50,871 bases of DNA from Patescibacteria group bacterium (lineage in GTDB: Bacteria > Patescibacteriota > CPR2 > UBA1875 > CAIMLA01). The stretch covers positions 1 through 50,871 of the forward strand of contig JAQUMB010000002.1 in the NCBI GenBank assembly GCA_028718325.1, given 5' to 3'. Shown piece by piece: positions 39,774 through 48,666 of this stretch. The translations under genes and the position numbers were made by a program. The notes under the pieces are model-generated. The model was not told the DNA's origin, made no database searches, and saw only the letters and a list, made by a program, of their open reading frames with translations. Position 1 is the first letter of the stretch; every line of letters begins with the position of its first letter.

Positions 39774-42266
39774 ATGGACAACCAATTTGAACGCTTTAGC
39801 GAAGATGCTAAAAAAAGCTTAATATATGCGCAAGAAATAGCTGCTCATAGTGGGAGTGTTATAGACACGGCTATGATTATTTATGGTTTTCTAAAAACCC
39901 CAGATTCAGTTGCTGGGGAGCTGTTGCTTGAAGCGGGGATGACTGCCGAAGAAGCCCAAAAATTGTTGGTCCCTGGGCAGAAAGTAGTCTCATTACAAGA
40001 AGCAAAGTCCGGCCTCAGTAATTCAGCCCAAAAAGCTCTTGAGGCGGCGCTTGCCCTTGCTTACCGGTCTGGTGACAGTTATGTTGGTACAGAACATATT
40101 TTGATAGCAATCCTGAGTCAAAAAGACTCGGAAGGGGCTGAACTTCTTAAAAAAAGTAAAATTTCTATACCGGAATTAAATGAAAAATTAGAAGAATCTT
40201 TCAAAGAAGATGTCGGCAACCTGAGTGATTATCCAGGGGTAGAATTTGGTGGAACCAGTTTGCGCCATAGTAAAAATGGGGCAAAGGAATCTCTACTTGA
40301 AAAATTTAGCACTAATATTACGAAGCTGGCGAAAGAAGGTAACCTTGATCCCGTTATTGGTCGAGATAAAGAAACTTCCCGAATTATTTCAATATTGAAT
40401 CGCCGAACGAAGAATAACCCTGTTTTGATAGGCGAGCCCGGAGTTGGGAAAACAGCGATCGTTGAAGGCCTAGCTCAAAAAATTGTCAGCGAAGAAGTCC
40501 CGGAGATGCTATTGAACAAACAAGTCTTAATCTTAGATTTACCGTCGGTGGTGGCAGGGACAAAATATCGAGGCGAATTTGAAGAACGACTGATGAACAT
40601 AATTAGGGAAGTTAAAAATAATAAAAATATTATTTTATTTATTGATGAAATCCACAATTTAGTTGGGGCAGGGGCGGCAGAAGGGGCAATTGATGCCGCA
40701 AATATCCTTAAGCCAGCCTTATCTAGAGCAGAAATGCAAGTGATTGGGGCGACAACTTTAGACGAATATAGAAAATATATTGAAAAGGACGCGGCGCTGG
40801 AGAGAAGGTTTCAGTCAATCTTGGTAGCTGAACCAAGCGTTGAAGAAACTATAAATATCTTAAAAGGGCTAAGATCTAAATTTGATGATTATCATAACGT
40901 GAAAATCACAGATGAAGCGCTGGAAGCTGCTGCCAGACTTTCAAGTAGATACATTCCTGACCGTTTCCTTCCGGATAAAGCAATTGACCTAATTGATGAA
41001 GCGGCAAGCCTTCGTCGGGTCAAAAGAAAGGGGACATCAAAAGGGATTGCCTCTTTAAATAAGCAAATCAAAGAGATTATTAATAAAAAAGAAGACGCAG
41101 TCTTAGAAGAAAACTTTGAACATGCTGCCGAATTGAAGCAGAAAGAAGATATCCTTGCTACAAAATTAAAAAACTTAAAAAGGAGTGAAGGTCTGGATGA
41201 GGACTCTTTTCCTATAATAGACGGCGAAAGTATTGCCGAAGTCATTTCGATTTCAACTGGAGTGCCAACGACTAGGTTGGTGCAGAAAGAAACAGAGAGC
41301 CTACTGAATTTGGAAAATCTGTTAAAGAAAAAAATAGTAGGTCAGGATGAAGCAGTTGAAATCGTTGCTAGCGCGATCAGACGGTCAAGAACAGGAGTAT
41401 CTGATACTAGAAAACCAATTGGCTCATTTATGTTTTTAGGCCCTACAGGCGTAGGTAAAACAGAGTTAGCTAAAATACTTGCGAGTGAAGTCTATGGTGA
41501 TCCAGAAGCTTTAGTCAAAGTCGACATGTCTGAATTTATGGAAAAGCATAATGTTTCAAGATTAGTTGGCGCCCCAGCTGGTTATGTCGGTTTTGAAGAA
41601 AGCGGTCAGCTGACAGAAACAATTCGTCGTAGACCATATTCAGTAGTCTTACTGGATGAAATAGAAAAGGCTCACCCAGATGTTTTTAATATATTGCTGC
41701 AAATCTTTGAGGATGGCTACTTGACTGACGCCAAAGGCCTAAAAATCGATTTTCGAAACACCATCATTATTATGACATCCAATGTGGGGGCAGCTCGATT
41801 GAACAAAGAAGTAAAACTCGGTTTCTCAGCCAGCACGCATGATGACGAAAGGTTTTTGGAGGAAGAACATCAAAAAAATACGGAATTTATTATGGAAGAT
41901 TTGAAAAAACAATTTAAGCCAGAATTTTTGAACCGTTTGGATAAAATCGTCATTTTTCGAGCACTCACTAGACCGAATATCAAAAAAATTGTTAACTTAC
42001 AGATTAACGAATTAGCAAAAAGGTTAGCAGAGAAATCGATTAGTATAAACATCACAGAAGGAGCTAAGTCATTAATTGTTGAAAAGGGTTATGACATAAA
42101 TAATGGAGCAAGGCCGATTAAGAGGGTTATCCAAAATTTGATAGAAGATCCGCTTGCAAACGGGATTCTTTCAAAAAAATTTGAAGATGGGGATAAAATA
42201 TCAGTATTAAAGGAAGGCAGTGAGCTTAAACTTTATGTATTAGAGCCGGCAAACCAAACAAAGTAA
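39774..42266 (+). CDS. clpC: Class III Hsp100 AAA+ chaperone ClpC-type (two AAA modules, short middle domain)
   Basis: Clp_N repeats, Walker A GEPGVGKT and GPTGVGKT, a short UVR-like linker ([14 protein letters not shown]) and an LGF loop (KLGFSAS). Confidence 0.88.
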   Translation: MDNQFERFSEDAKKSLIYAQEIAAHSGSVIDTAMIIYGFLKTPDSVAGELLLEAGMTAEEAQKLLVPGQKVVSLQEAKSGLSNSAQKALEAALALAYRSGDSYVGTEHILIAILSQKDSEGAELLKKSKISIPELNEKLEESFKEDVGNLSDYPGVEFGGTSLRHSKNGAKESLLEKFSTNITKLAKEGNLDPVIGRDKETSRIISILNRRTKNNPVLIGEPGVGKTAIVEGLAQKIVSEEVPEMLLNKQVLILDLPSVVAGTKYRGEFEERLMNIIREVKNNKNIILFIDEIHNLVGAGAAEGAIDAANILKPALSRAEMQVIGATTLDEYRKYIEKDAALERRFQSILVAEPSVEETINILKGLRSKFDDYHNVKITDEALEAAARLSSRYIPDRFLPDKAIDLIDEAASLRRVKRKGTSKGIASLNKQIKEIINKKEDAVLEENFEHAAELKQKEDILATKLKNLKRSEGLDEDSFPIIDGESIAEVISISTGVPTTRLVQKETESLLNLENLLKKKIVGQDEAVEIVASAIRRSRTGVSDTRKPIGSFMFLGPTGVGKTELAKILASEVYGDPEALVKVDMSEFMEKHNVSRLVGAPAGYVGFEESGQLTETIRRRPYSVVLLDEIEKAHPDVFNILLQIFEDGYLTDAKGLKIDFRNTIIIMTSNVGAARLNKEVKLGFSASTHDDERFLEEEHQKNTEFIMEDLKKQFKPEFLNRLDKIVIFRALTRPNIKKIVNLQINELAKRLAEKSISINITEGAKSLIVEKGYDINNGARPIKRVIQNLIEDPLANGILSKKFEDGDKISVLKEGSELKLYVLEPANQTK

Positions 42267-42323
42267 TCTTGCTATTATTTACGATAGTATTATTATTTTA
42301 TGTAGCACCTAAAATAAATTATT

Positions 42324-43253
42324 ATGAACAATTCAATTGTCTTTATTGCTGTGGTACTTGTTATCATGGCCATTATCTTCGAGCTAATCGAACGGGTTGC
42401 TAAACTCTCTATGAGAAATTTCTTTATATTACTCTCAGGAGCTTTTGTTGGCCTGATGATTGGCGCTTTATTAACTATTCCGTTATCAAAAACACCAGGA
42501 AACTATGGTGAGTGGCTTCCTATTACGATTACGGTGATTTTGGTATTCGGGTTTATTACATTTTTCTGGCAGCAAAGAGAGGCAGTTAATCAATGGCTTG
42601 ATACAATCAATAAATACCTTTCATATATAAAGAATCTAAGTGGTAATGTCACACATCTATCTGGAGAAGCAGTCGTTGATACATCAGTTTTGATAGACGG
42701 GAGGATTCTCGATATTGCCAAGACCGGCTTTCTACAATATAAAATAATCATTCCACGTTTTATTTTACAAGAGCTCCAAAACATTGCTGATTCTGATGAC
42801 CCCGATCGACGAGCGAAAGGACGCAGAGGTCTGGACGTTGTTGAAAAATTAAAAAAACCCAAAGGGATGAAAATCGAAATATCTAACGATGACATATCGG
42901 AAATCGAACAAGTTGATGCTAAATTGGTTGCAATCGCAAAAAAAAGAAACCTTTCGTTACTGACTACTGATTTTAATCTGAATAAGGTAGCCAAAGCAGA
43001 CAATGTTAATGTTTTGAATATAAATGAATTATCACAAAGCATCAGGCCGGTTATCTTGCCGGGGGAAGAGATGGAACTCAAAGTTATTCATGAAGGGAAA
43101 GAAAAAAATCAAGGAGTAGGCTACCTACCAGACGGGACAATGATTGTCGTTGAGCAAGGAAATAAATATTTGAATAAAACCGTTAAAGTTAAAATAACTC
43201 GAGTTCTACAAACTGCAGCTGGCAAAATGTTTTTTTCAAAAAAGATTGATTAA
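42324..43253 (+). CDS. yacL: Membrane-anchored PIN + TRAM domain protein (YacL-like)
   Basis: N-terminal TM helices, PIN domain (VVDTSVLIDGRILDI...PRFILQELQNIADS) and C-terminal TRAM (GYLPDGTMIVVEQGNKYLNKTVKVKITRVLQTAAG). Confidence 0.82.
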   Translation: MNNSIVFIAVVLVIMAIIFELIERVAKLSMRNFFILLSGAFVGLMIGALLTIPLSKTPGNYGEWLPITITVILVFGFITFFWQQREAVNQWLDTINKYLSYIKNLSGNVTHLSGEAVVDTSVLIDGRILDIAKTGFLQYKIIIPRFILQELQNIADSDDPDRRAKGRRGLDVVEKLKKPKGMKIEISNDDISEIEQVDAKLVAIAKKRNLSLLTTDFNLNKVAKADNVNVLNINELSQSIRPVILPGEEMELKVIHEGKEKNQGVGYLPDGTMIVVEQGNKYLNKTVKVKITRVLQTAAGKMFFSKKID

Positions 43254-43255
43254 AT

Positions 43256-43927
43256 TTGGCATATCTTGTGTCTGAAATTACAAAATTGGAAGATTCCAAA
43301 CTATCAAAGAAATTTTTTGAAAGAGAAACTCATAAAGTTTGTCGTGATTTACTCGGCAAATATTTAGTTTTTCAAAATAGAGATAACTTCAAGATTGGCC
43401 GAATTGTAGAAGTCGAAGCATACCAAGGGTTTGAAGATAAGGCCTCACATGCATCTAAAAAGAAAACGTCAAGAAACGAAGTTATGTATGGAGCTGGTGG
43501 CTATTATTACATATATCTGATATACGGTATGTATTATTGTTTGAATATTGTGACTGAAAAAGAAAGTTATCCAGCCGCCATATTAATCAGAGCCATAGAA
43601 CCAACTTATGATTCCACTCGAGATTTAGACAAAATGAGTGTCAAAGAAAAGAGAGTTTTGGGTAGCGGTCCTGGGAGACTTTGCCGATGGCTTGATATTG
43701 ATAAAAGTTACAATGGGAAATCGGTGGAAGACGAAAGTTTGTTTATTACGAGCTCTAACGTTGTCATTTCTGACATGTTCAGGGACTTGGATTCCCGAAA
43801 TAAATTCGAGAATGACAACAAGAACATCGTCCGAGCCAAAAGAGTCGGTGTCGATTATGCGGGCAAGAGTGCTAACTACGAATGGCGGTATTATATTAAA
43901 GATAATAAATTTATTTCTAGGTTATAA
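43256..43927 (+). CDS. mpg: 3-methyladenine DNA glycosylase (MPG/AAG family)
   Basis: FFERETHKVCRDLLGKYLV, GRIVEVEAYQG..DKASHA, YGMYYCLNIV and AILIRAIEP. The start is uncertain (TTG 43256 or GTG 43268). Confidence 0.88.
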   Translation: MAYLVSEITKLEDSKLSKKFFERETHKVCRDLLGKYLVFQNRDNFKIGRIVEVEAYQGFEDKASHASKKKTSRNEVMYGAGGYYYIYLIYGMYYCLNIVTEKESYPAAILIRAIEPTYDSTRDLDKMSVKEKRVLGSGPGRLCRWLDIDKSYNGKSVEDESLFITSSNVVISDMFRDLDSRNKFENDNKNIVRAKRVGVDYAGKSANYEWRYYIKDNKFISRL

Positions 43928-43936
43928 AAATGAAGC

Positions 43937-43966
43937 GCCCGGGTGCAGCATTTGCTGCACCCGGGC
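43937..43966. terminator. Perfect 13-bp GC-rich palindrome between the convergent mpg and GC-rich orphan genes
   Basis: GCCCGGGTGCAGC-attt-GCTGCACCCGGGC. On the minus strand it is followed by GCTTCATTTTTAT. Confidence 0.6.
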
Positions 43967-43971
43967 AATGA

Positions 43972-44295
43972 TCATGACGGCCAGCCGAGGACGAGGCGAT
44001 CCTTGTTGTAGGGCTGTCTTCCTTCCGGCATGATACCGAAGTCTTCCAACAGCTGGCAACCCACAACCCAAGTGCCGCCACAGCGCTGTCTGACGTCAAC
44101 GACGAGCCGACCCCGGAACGCTGAGCTGAACTTGTTGTAGGGTTCCGGTTCGGAAAGGATCTCCATCTTGACCCCGTCTTCAGGACCGTCACAAGCGAAG
44201 AAGCCAGTTACTTTGACGCCTGGCTTGAGCTGATCCGGTGAGGTGACCACGGGTTGAGTGGCGTAGAATTCATCGATTGCTTGGTCATCATTCAT
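43972..44295 (-). CDS. GC-rich orphan hypothetical protein (107 aa from the ATG; 109 aa from the upstream TTG)
   Basis: A GGAGAG Shine-Dalgarno sequence lies 6 nt before the ATG. GC3 bias is strong (GGC, GTC, CTC, AAG, GAC codons). Hand counts give 58-60% G+C over 43981-44100. I recognised no family. Confidence 0.6.
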   Translation of the reverse strand: MNDDQAIDEFYATQPVVTSPDQLKPGVKVTGFFACDGPEDGVKMEILSEPEPYNKFSSAFRGRLVVDVRQRCGGTWVVGCQLLEDFGIMPEGRQPYNKDRLVLGWPS

Positions 44296-44344
44296 GATCA
44301 ACTCTCCTTTGTTGGAGGGTACTCTTCTAACTTGAAGTTATATT

Positions 44345-44373
44345 ATAATAGCATATAAAAGTAAAAAAGTCAA
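44345..44373 (-). promoter_or_regulatory. Sigma70-type promoter for the GC-rich orphan gene
   Basis: The minus strand reads TTGACT (44373-44368), 17 nt, TATTAT (44350-44345), with an overlapping TATAAT at 44347-44342. Confidence 0.5.
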
Positions 44374-44384
44374 GATTATTGTGT

Positions 44385-44443
44385 AAAAAACAAGGAGCCG
44401 ATCTGTCGTTCTGTTCGCGAAAACAGTACTTCGTCACGGCTCC
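44385..44443 (-). terminator. Intrinsic terminator closing the structured non-coding locus
   Basis: The minus strand reads GGAGCCG...CTGTT-ttcgcg-AACAG...CGGCTCC followed by TTGTTTTTT. Confidence 0.6.
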
Positions 44444-44692
44444 AACCGCAGCTGAACAATATGCCTGCTTTTGGGCAGCTTATTGTTAGTAAACTGCAGC
44501 CACTCCTTTGTTAGACTTTTTGAAATTTAGATGGAGTCCAATAGCTCTAGCAGCTCCAGCTATGGCTTCTTTTATTCACCATAATTTTCACTGTAGTTGA
44601 ACCTAAAGGCTCCAGCCTTGGCACCTAAACCTCGCCAGCTTAACCGGGAGAATAATATCAACCTTTGATTAACACAATCTCACGGTTAAGGG
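44385..44692 (-). ncRNA. Candidate unclassified structured RNA of about 300 nt, or a highly structured 3' UTR of the PBP gene
   Basis: No ORF of 60 aa or more in any frame. An extended -10 (TGaTATAAT, minus strand, 44707-44699) lies just after the PBP stop. There are several long hairpins, for example CTTAACCG...CGGTTAAG at 44639-44690, and a 3' intrinsic terminator. Confidence 0.4.
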
Positions 44693-44712
44693 AACTAAAT
44701 TATATCACGGAA

Positions 44713-47331
44713 TTATTTTACATTGACAGAAATTTTTGCACTGGCGTTTTGGCCAATTTTGTCTGTGACTGTTGCTGTGATATCAACTGTGGAACCACTT
44801 GGTTTAGTAAAACTCACAGTGTATAAACTTCCGTTCAAAACAGCTTCTTTTGTCTGGCTGCCAATCTGTACGATGACAGATTGGACTTCGTTAGGGGCAG
44901 AGATACTCAAATTGACCGTATATGGTGACGAAAAATCATCACCATCCTTAAGGTCAGTGAAAGAGATTGTCGGCGTGCCTTGATTTAAAGGACAAGTATC
45001 TTGTCCAATCTGGCCTGCACCGGTAGTCGAATAGCCACTACTGGCTGCCCAAGCGTTGATAGGGGCAAACCACCTGCTATATGCAGCATCGGTCGAAGGA
45101 ATCTCTGCTGTTACTGAGTTAATCGTTCTAGTTTCAACCTTGCTTTGATCTGGAGGACAGCTATCATTAACTATTTTATTAGTAATAATATTTATTTTTA
45201 CTTCAGTTGCACCGACTGCGTTTTGCAAACTATACCAAGAAGGGAAAATGTCAGTAACAGTTTTACTACCTGTTGCTGGTTTCTTGCCAGTAATTGCATC
45301 TAGAGTAACGGTTTTTATGCCGCTTGGCCGAGTGAACTGTTCACTGGCCGTTCCGGCTAACGCTTTTGTCATGAAATCATGCCAAATTGGGGCGGCAGCA
45401 ATCGATCCACCGGCCTTGGTCATGGGGGTATTATCGTTATTACCGGCCCAGACTCCTGCTACCAAACTTGGGGTGTATCCCATTGTCCAAGCATCCTTAT
45501 AATCATTGGTTGTCCCGGTTTTAGCTGCGGCTGGTCGCCCACGAAGGGTTAATGGGCCTCCGGCACCAAAGACCTCAGCTCTTGCAGAATCATCAGATAA
45601 AACATTATTCATTAGATAAGAGATCTGAGGATCCAAGACTCGCTTGCCTTGTTTGTTTTTGTATTCATCAATTGTCTTGCCCTTAGAATCTTCAATTTTT
45701 ATGTACCAACTAGGATCTTGTTTAACCCCATTATTAGCGAAAACACCATATGCTCCGACCATATCAACGAGCTTAACCTCACCTGCTCCTAAAACCAAGG
45801 ATAGACCATATTGGCTTTTGTCGTTGAGGGTGGTAATTCCCATGGCATGAGCCGTATCTATCACATTATCCAGACCGGCAATATAAAGTGTTTTGACAGC
45901 GGGGATATTTAATGAGTTTTGCAATGCTTTCCTCATGGTTACCGGGCCACGAAAGCGACCGTCATAGTTATTGGGGTTATAACCTCCGCCAAAATCAGTT
46001 TTCAAATCATAAAGCACACTGCCTGGACCCCAATTATTTGTTTTCCAAGCGGTTGCATATGCAAAAGGTTTAAACGAAGAACCGGGCTGTCGGTCCATCA
46101 ATGATACATTCACATTCCCATCAATATCTTGATTGAAAAAATCACGACTACCAACCATCGCTAGTATTTGGCCGGTTTTGGGATCTTCGGCAACCAAAGA
46201 AGCGTTTGAAGCATTATAGGCTTTTCTGTTTTTATCAACGTTAGTAGCAACGGCCTCTTCCGCATATTGTTGTTTTTGGAGGTCTAGCGTGGTATAAACT
46301 TTCAGCCCTCCCTCATTAACGGTTTTCTCACCATATTTTTCGACTAGTTTTTCTTTTACGTACATAACAAAATGTGGGGCAGTAATAGATCCATATGGGT
46401 TATTTGAAAATGCGATTACTTCTTTTTGAGCGTTTTTTGCTTCTTCTTTGGTAATCATTTTTTGATTAGCCATGTCGTCTAGGACAGTGTCTTTTCTTTT
46501 CATCAACTCGGCCTTATTTGAGCCAAATGGAGAATAATAAGTCGGGGCTTGGGGCATAGCAGCTAAAACAGCACATTCTTGTAGATTTAAATTCTTAAGA
46601 TCTTTGTTAAAATAGGTTTTTGCGGCAACCTTTATGCCATAAGCATTTGAACCATACGGAATTTCATTCAAATACATCTTTAGAATGTCATCTTTTTTGT
46701 ACATCTGCTCGATCTCGATGGCCATGATAATCTCTTTGATTTTTCGAGAATAAGATCGCTCATTAGTCAACAGAGCATTCTTTACAAACTGTTGAGTGAT
46801 AGTTGAGCCACCTCCTTTTGATCTATCACCGAGAGCCACACCGGTAAAAGCACGCCCGATACCCATAATGCTAAAACCGCCATGCTTATAAAAGTCTTTA
46901 TCCTCAATGGCAATCGTAGCATTTTTACAATTTTGGGGAATTTCGTTCCAATCAGCTAAAATTCTGTTTTGATCCCCATGTATCTCGTACAAGAGCTTCC
47001 CATTTCGATCAAAAATTTGGGTTGATTGGGCGGAAATACGCGAATTTATTTTATTTGGAGTCGGTAAATCTTTGGCATACCAGGCAAAAAGGGCAAAGAT
47101 AACACCTAAAAAAATGATGGCGGCAAAACCAAGCTTTTTCCAGCCCTCACGAGTAGTAAATAGATTATGTATAAAGATTTTAGTGTTTTCTAAGTTAAAA
47201 CCGGAACCATGACGGACCCTCGGAACTCGTGTAGAACGGTAGCTTTGGGTTCTTCGCTTGGTTGCTTTTGGTTTTGAAAAAGTGTTATACCTCTGTCTTG
47301 AAAAACGTTTCTTCCTTTTTCCTAAAGGCAT
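44713..47331 (-). CDS. Class A penicillin-binding protein (PBP1A-type transglycosylase/transpeptidase) with an extra C-terminal domain
   Basis: GT51 motifs (IAIEDKDFYKHGG, GGSTITQQ) and transpeptidase motifs SSFKPF (SxxK), SLN and KTGTT. It has a basic N-terminal tail plus TM helix and a Cys-containing beta-rich C-terminus of about 200 aa. Confidence 0.93.
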   Translation of the reverse strand: MPLGKRKKRFSRQRYNTFSKPKATKRRTQSYRSTRVPRVRHGSGFNLENTKIFIHNLFTTREGWKKLGFAAIIFLGVIFALFAWYAKDLPTPNKINSRISAQSTQIFDRNGKLLYEIHGDQNRILADWNEIPQNCKNATIAIEDKDFYKHGGFSIMGIGRAFTGVALGDRSKGGGSTITQQFVKNALLTNERSYSRKIKEIIMAIEIEQMYKKDDILKMYLNEIPYGSNAYGIKVAAKTYFNKDLKNLNLQECAVLAAMPQAPTYYSPFGSNKAELMKRKDTVLDDMANQKMITKEEAKNAQKEVIAFSNNPYGSITAPHFVMYVKEKLVEKYGEKTVNEGGLKVYTTLDLQKQQYAEEAVATNVDKNRKAYNASNASLVAEDPKTGQILAMVGSRDFFNQDIDGNVNVSLMDRQPGSSFKPFAYATAWKTNNWGPGSVLYDLKTDFGGGYNPNNYDGRFRGPVTMRKALQNSLNIPAVKTLYIAGLDNVIDTAHAMGITTLNDKSQYGLSLVLGAGEVKLVDMVGAYGVFANNGVKQDPSWYIKIEDSKGKTIDEYKNKQGKRVLDPQISYLMNNVLSDDSARAEVFGAGGPLTLRGRPAAAKTGTTNDYKDAWTMGYTPSLVAGVWAGNNDNTPMTKAGGSIAAAPIWHDFMTKALAGTASEQFTRPSGIKTVTLDAITGKKPATGSKTVTDIFPSWYSLQNAVGATEVKINIITNKIVNDSCPPDQSKVETRTINSVTAEIPSTDAAYSRWFAPINAWAASSGYSTTGAGQIGQDTCPLNQGTPTISFTDLKDGDDFSSPYTVNLSISAPNEVQSVIVQIGSQTKEAVLNGSLYTVSFTKPSGSTVDITATVTDKIGQNASAKISVNVK

Positions 47332-47347
47332 TCTTGCTCCATATATT

Positions 47348-47375
47348 TTGAATTATACCTAAAAAAGTGTATATT
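47348..47375 (+). promoter_or_regulatory. Possible promoter for tyrS
   Basis: TTGAAT (47348-47353), 16 nt, TATATT (47370-47375). A GGCGGAG Shine-Dalgarno sequence precedes the ATG at 47455. Confidence 0.35.
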
Positions 47376-47454
47376 AGTAAGGTCAATTATTAAACAATCA
47401 GCTCAACGGGTAAATTATAAAGATTTTAGCTAAAGATGTCAAGGAAAGGCGGAG

Positions 47455-48639
47455 ATGGAAAAGATCGAAGAAATTTTAAGCCGCGGCGTTACAGATGTAA
47501 TCGTCAAAAGTAATTTACAAAAAGCACTTAAAGAAAAAACAAAATTAAGAATTAAATATGGTATAGACCCAACCGGCGCTCGGGTGCATATCGGTCATGC
47601 TGTTCCAATCTGGAAATTACGGGATTTTCAAGATCTAGGCCATCAAATTGTATTGATATTAGGGGATTTCACGGCTCAAATTGGAGACACCTCAGACAAA
47701 ACTGCAGAAAGAAAACCGCTGACCTTTGAGGAAGTTCAAACTAACATGAGAACTTATTTGGATCAAATCGGAAAAATTTTGGATTTGAAGAAGACTGAAA
47801 TTCGATACAACTCTGAATGGCATGGAAAAGCTTCAAAGCAAGATCTTTTATCCGAAGCAATGAACTTCACCGTAAACCAAATGATCCAACGAGATAATTT
47901 CAAACAAAGATATGAGGCTGATAAACCGATCGGTTTACACGAATTTCTCTATCCATTACTCCAAGGTTATGACTCAGTTGCCGTAAAAGCCGATGTCGAA
48001 ATAGGTGGGAACGACCAATATTTTAATCTCTTGGCTGGCAGAACGCTACAAAAACGGTTCGGTCAAAAGGAGCAAGACATTATGACGTTTGCTTTACTTG
48101 AGGGTAGCGATGGTCGCAAAATGAGCAAATCGTATGGTAACTGCATCTTTATAGATGATGAGCCAAACGAAATTTTTGGTAAAGCTATGGCAGTCGATGA
48201 TAGTTTGATTATCCAATATATGATTTTGGCGACAGATTGTGATATCTCTGAAATTGAAAAAAATCAGAAAGATCTGGAACGGGGGGGTAATCCGAGAGAC
48301 GCCAAAGTGAAACTTGCTTGGAATTTGGTCAAAAGATACTATGGTGAAAAAGAAGCTGATAAAGCCCAAGAAAATTTTGAAAAAACCTTTGTCAAAAAAG
48401 AAACACCTGATGCTGTAGATGAAGTCGCGGTAATCGACAAAAACTGGCCGGTTGCCGATCTACTACATTTTACAAAAATGGTTTCATCGAAATCAGAAGC
48501 GAGACGGTTGATAGATCAGGGTGGAGTAAAAGTTGATGGAGCAGTCATAGGAGACCGAGAAGCAACGATTAGACCACAGGACGATATGATTATCCAGGTC
48601 GGTAAACGTAAATTTATTAAGATCATATTAGATAAATAG
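47455..48639 (+). CDS. tyrS: Tyrosyl-tRNA synthetase
   Basis: GIDPTGARVHIGHAV (HIGH), KMSKS and a C-terminal S4 domain (SKSEARRLIDQGGVKVDG). Confidence 0.93.
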   Translation: MEKIEEILSRGVTDVIVKSNLQKALKEKTKLRIKYGIDPTGARVHIGHAVPIWKLRDFQDLGHQIVLILGDFTAQIGDTSDKTAERKPLTFEEVQTNMRTYLDQIGKILDLKKTEIRYNSEWHGKASKQDLLSEAMNFTVNQMIQRDNFKQRYEADKPIGLHEFLYPLLQGYDSVAVKADVEIGGNDQYFNLLAGRTLQKRFGQKEQDIMTFALLEGSDGRKMSKSYGNCIFIDDEPNEIFGKAMAVDDSLIIQYMILATDCDISEIEKNQKDLERGGNPRDAKVKLAWNLVKRYYGEKEADKAQENFEKTFVKKETPDAVDEVAVIDKNWPVADLLHFTKMVSSKSEARRLIDQGGVKVDGAVIGDREATIRPQDDMIIQVGKRKFIKIILDK

Positions 48640-48666
48640 CTCCATAAATATGAATTAAGATAAAAA

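Noticed and set aside
43638-44192. ORFs 43638-44033 (+, 131 aa) and 43917-44192 (-, 91 aa) overlapping mpg and the GC-rich orphan
   Set aside because: The first is out of frame within mpg and reads through the terminator palindrome. The second is an R/S/A-rich alternative frame of the GC-rich gene with no start context. The 43972-44295 frame has a promoter, a Shine-Dalgarno sequence and sensible composition.
44385-44692. Possibility that the structured non-coding locus is RNase P RNA, tmRNA, SRP RNA or 6S RNA
   Set aside because: I found no GAGGAAAGUCC (P4) or ACAGAAxCCGGCUUA-type RNase P elements. There is no tRNA-like acceptor/T-arm or ...CCACCA 3' end, and no ANDxxALAA-type tag ORF for tmRNA; the GGTTCAACT 9-mer at about 44596-44604 has no flanking T-stem. 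I also found no GGAAG/AGCA SRP domain IV motif. This was checked only by eye, so a covariance-model scan is still required.
47332-47454. T-box or other riboswitch leader upstream of tyrS, and likewise upstream of leuS
   Set aside because: The leaders are too short (about 80 nt for tyrS, 2 nt for leuS). They lack a T-box consensus (AGGGTGGNACCGCG-like) and a specifier/antiterminator architecture.
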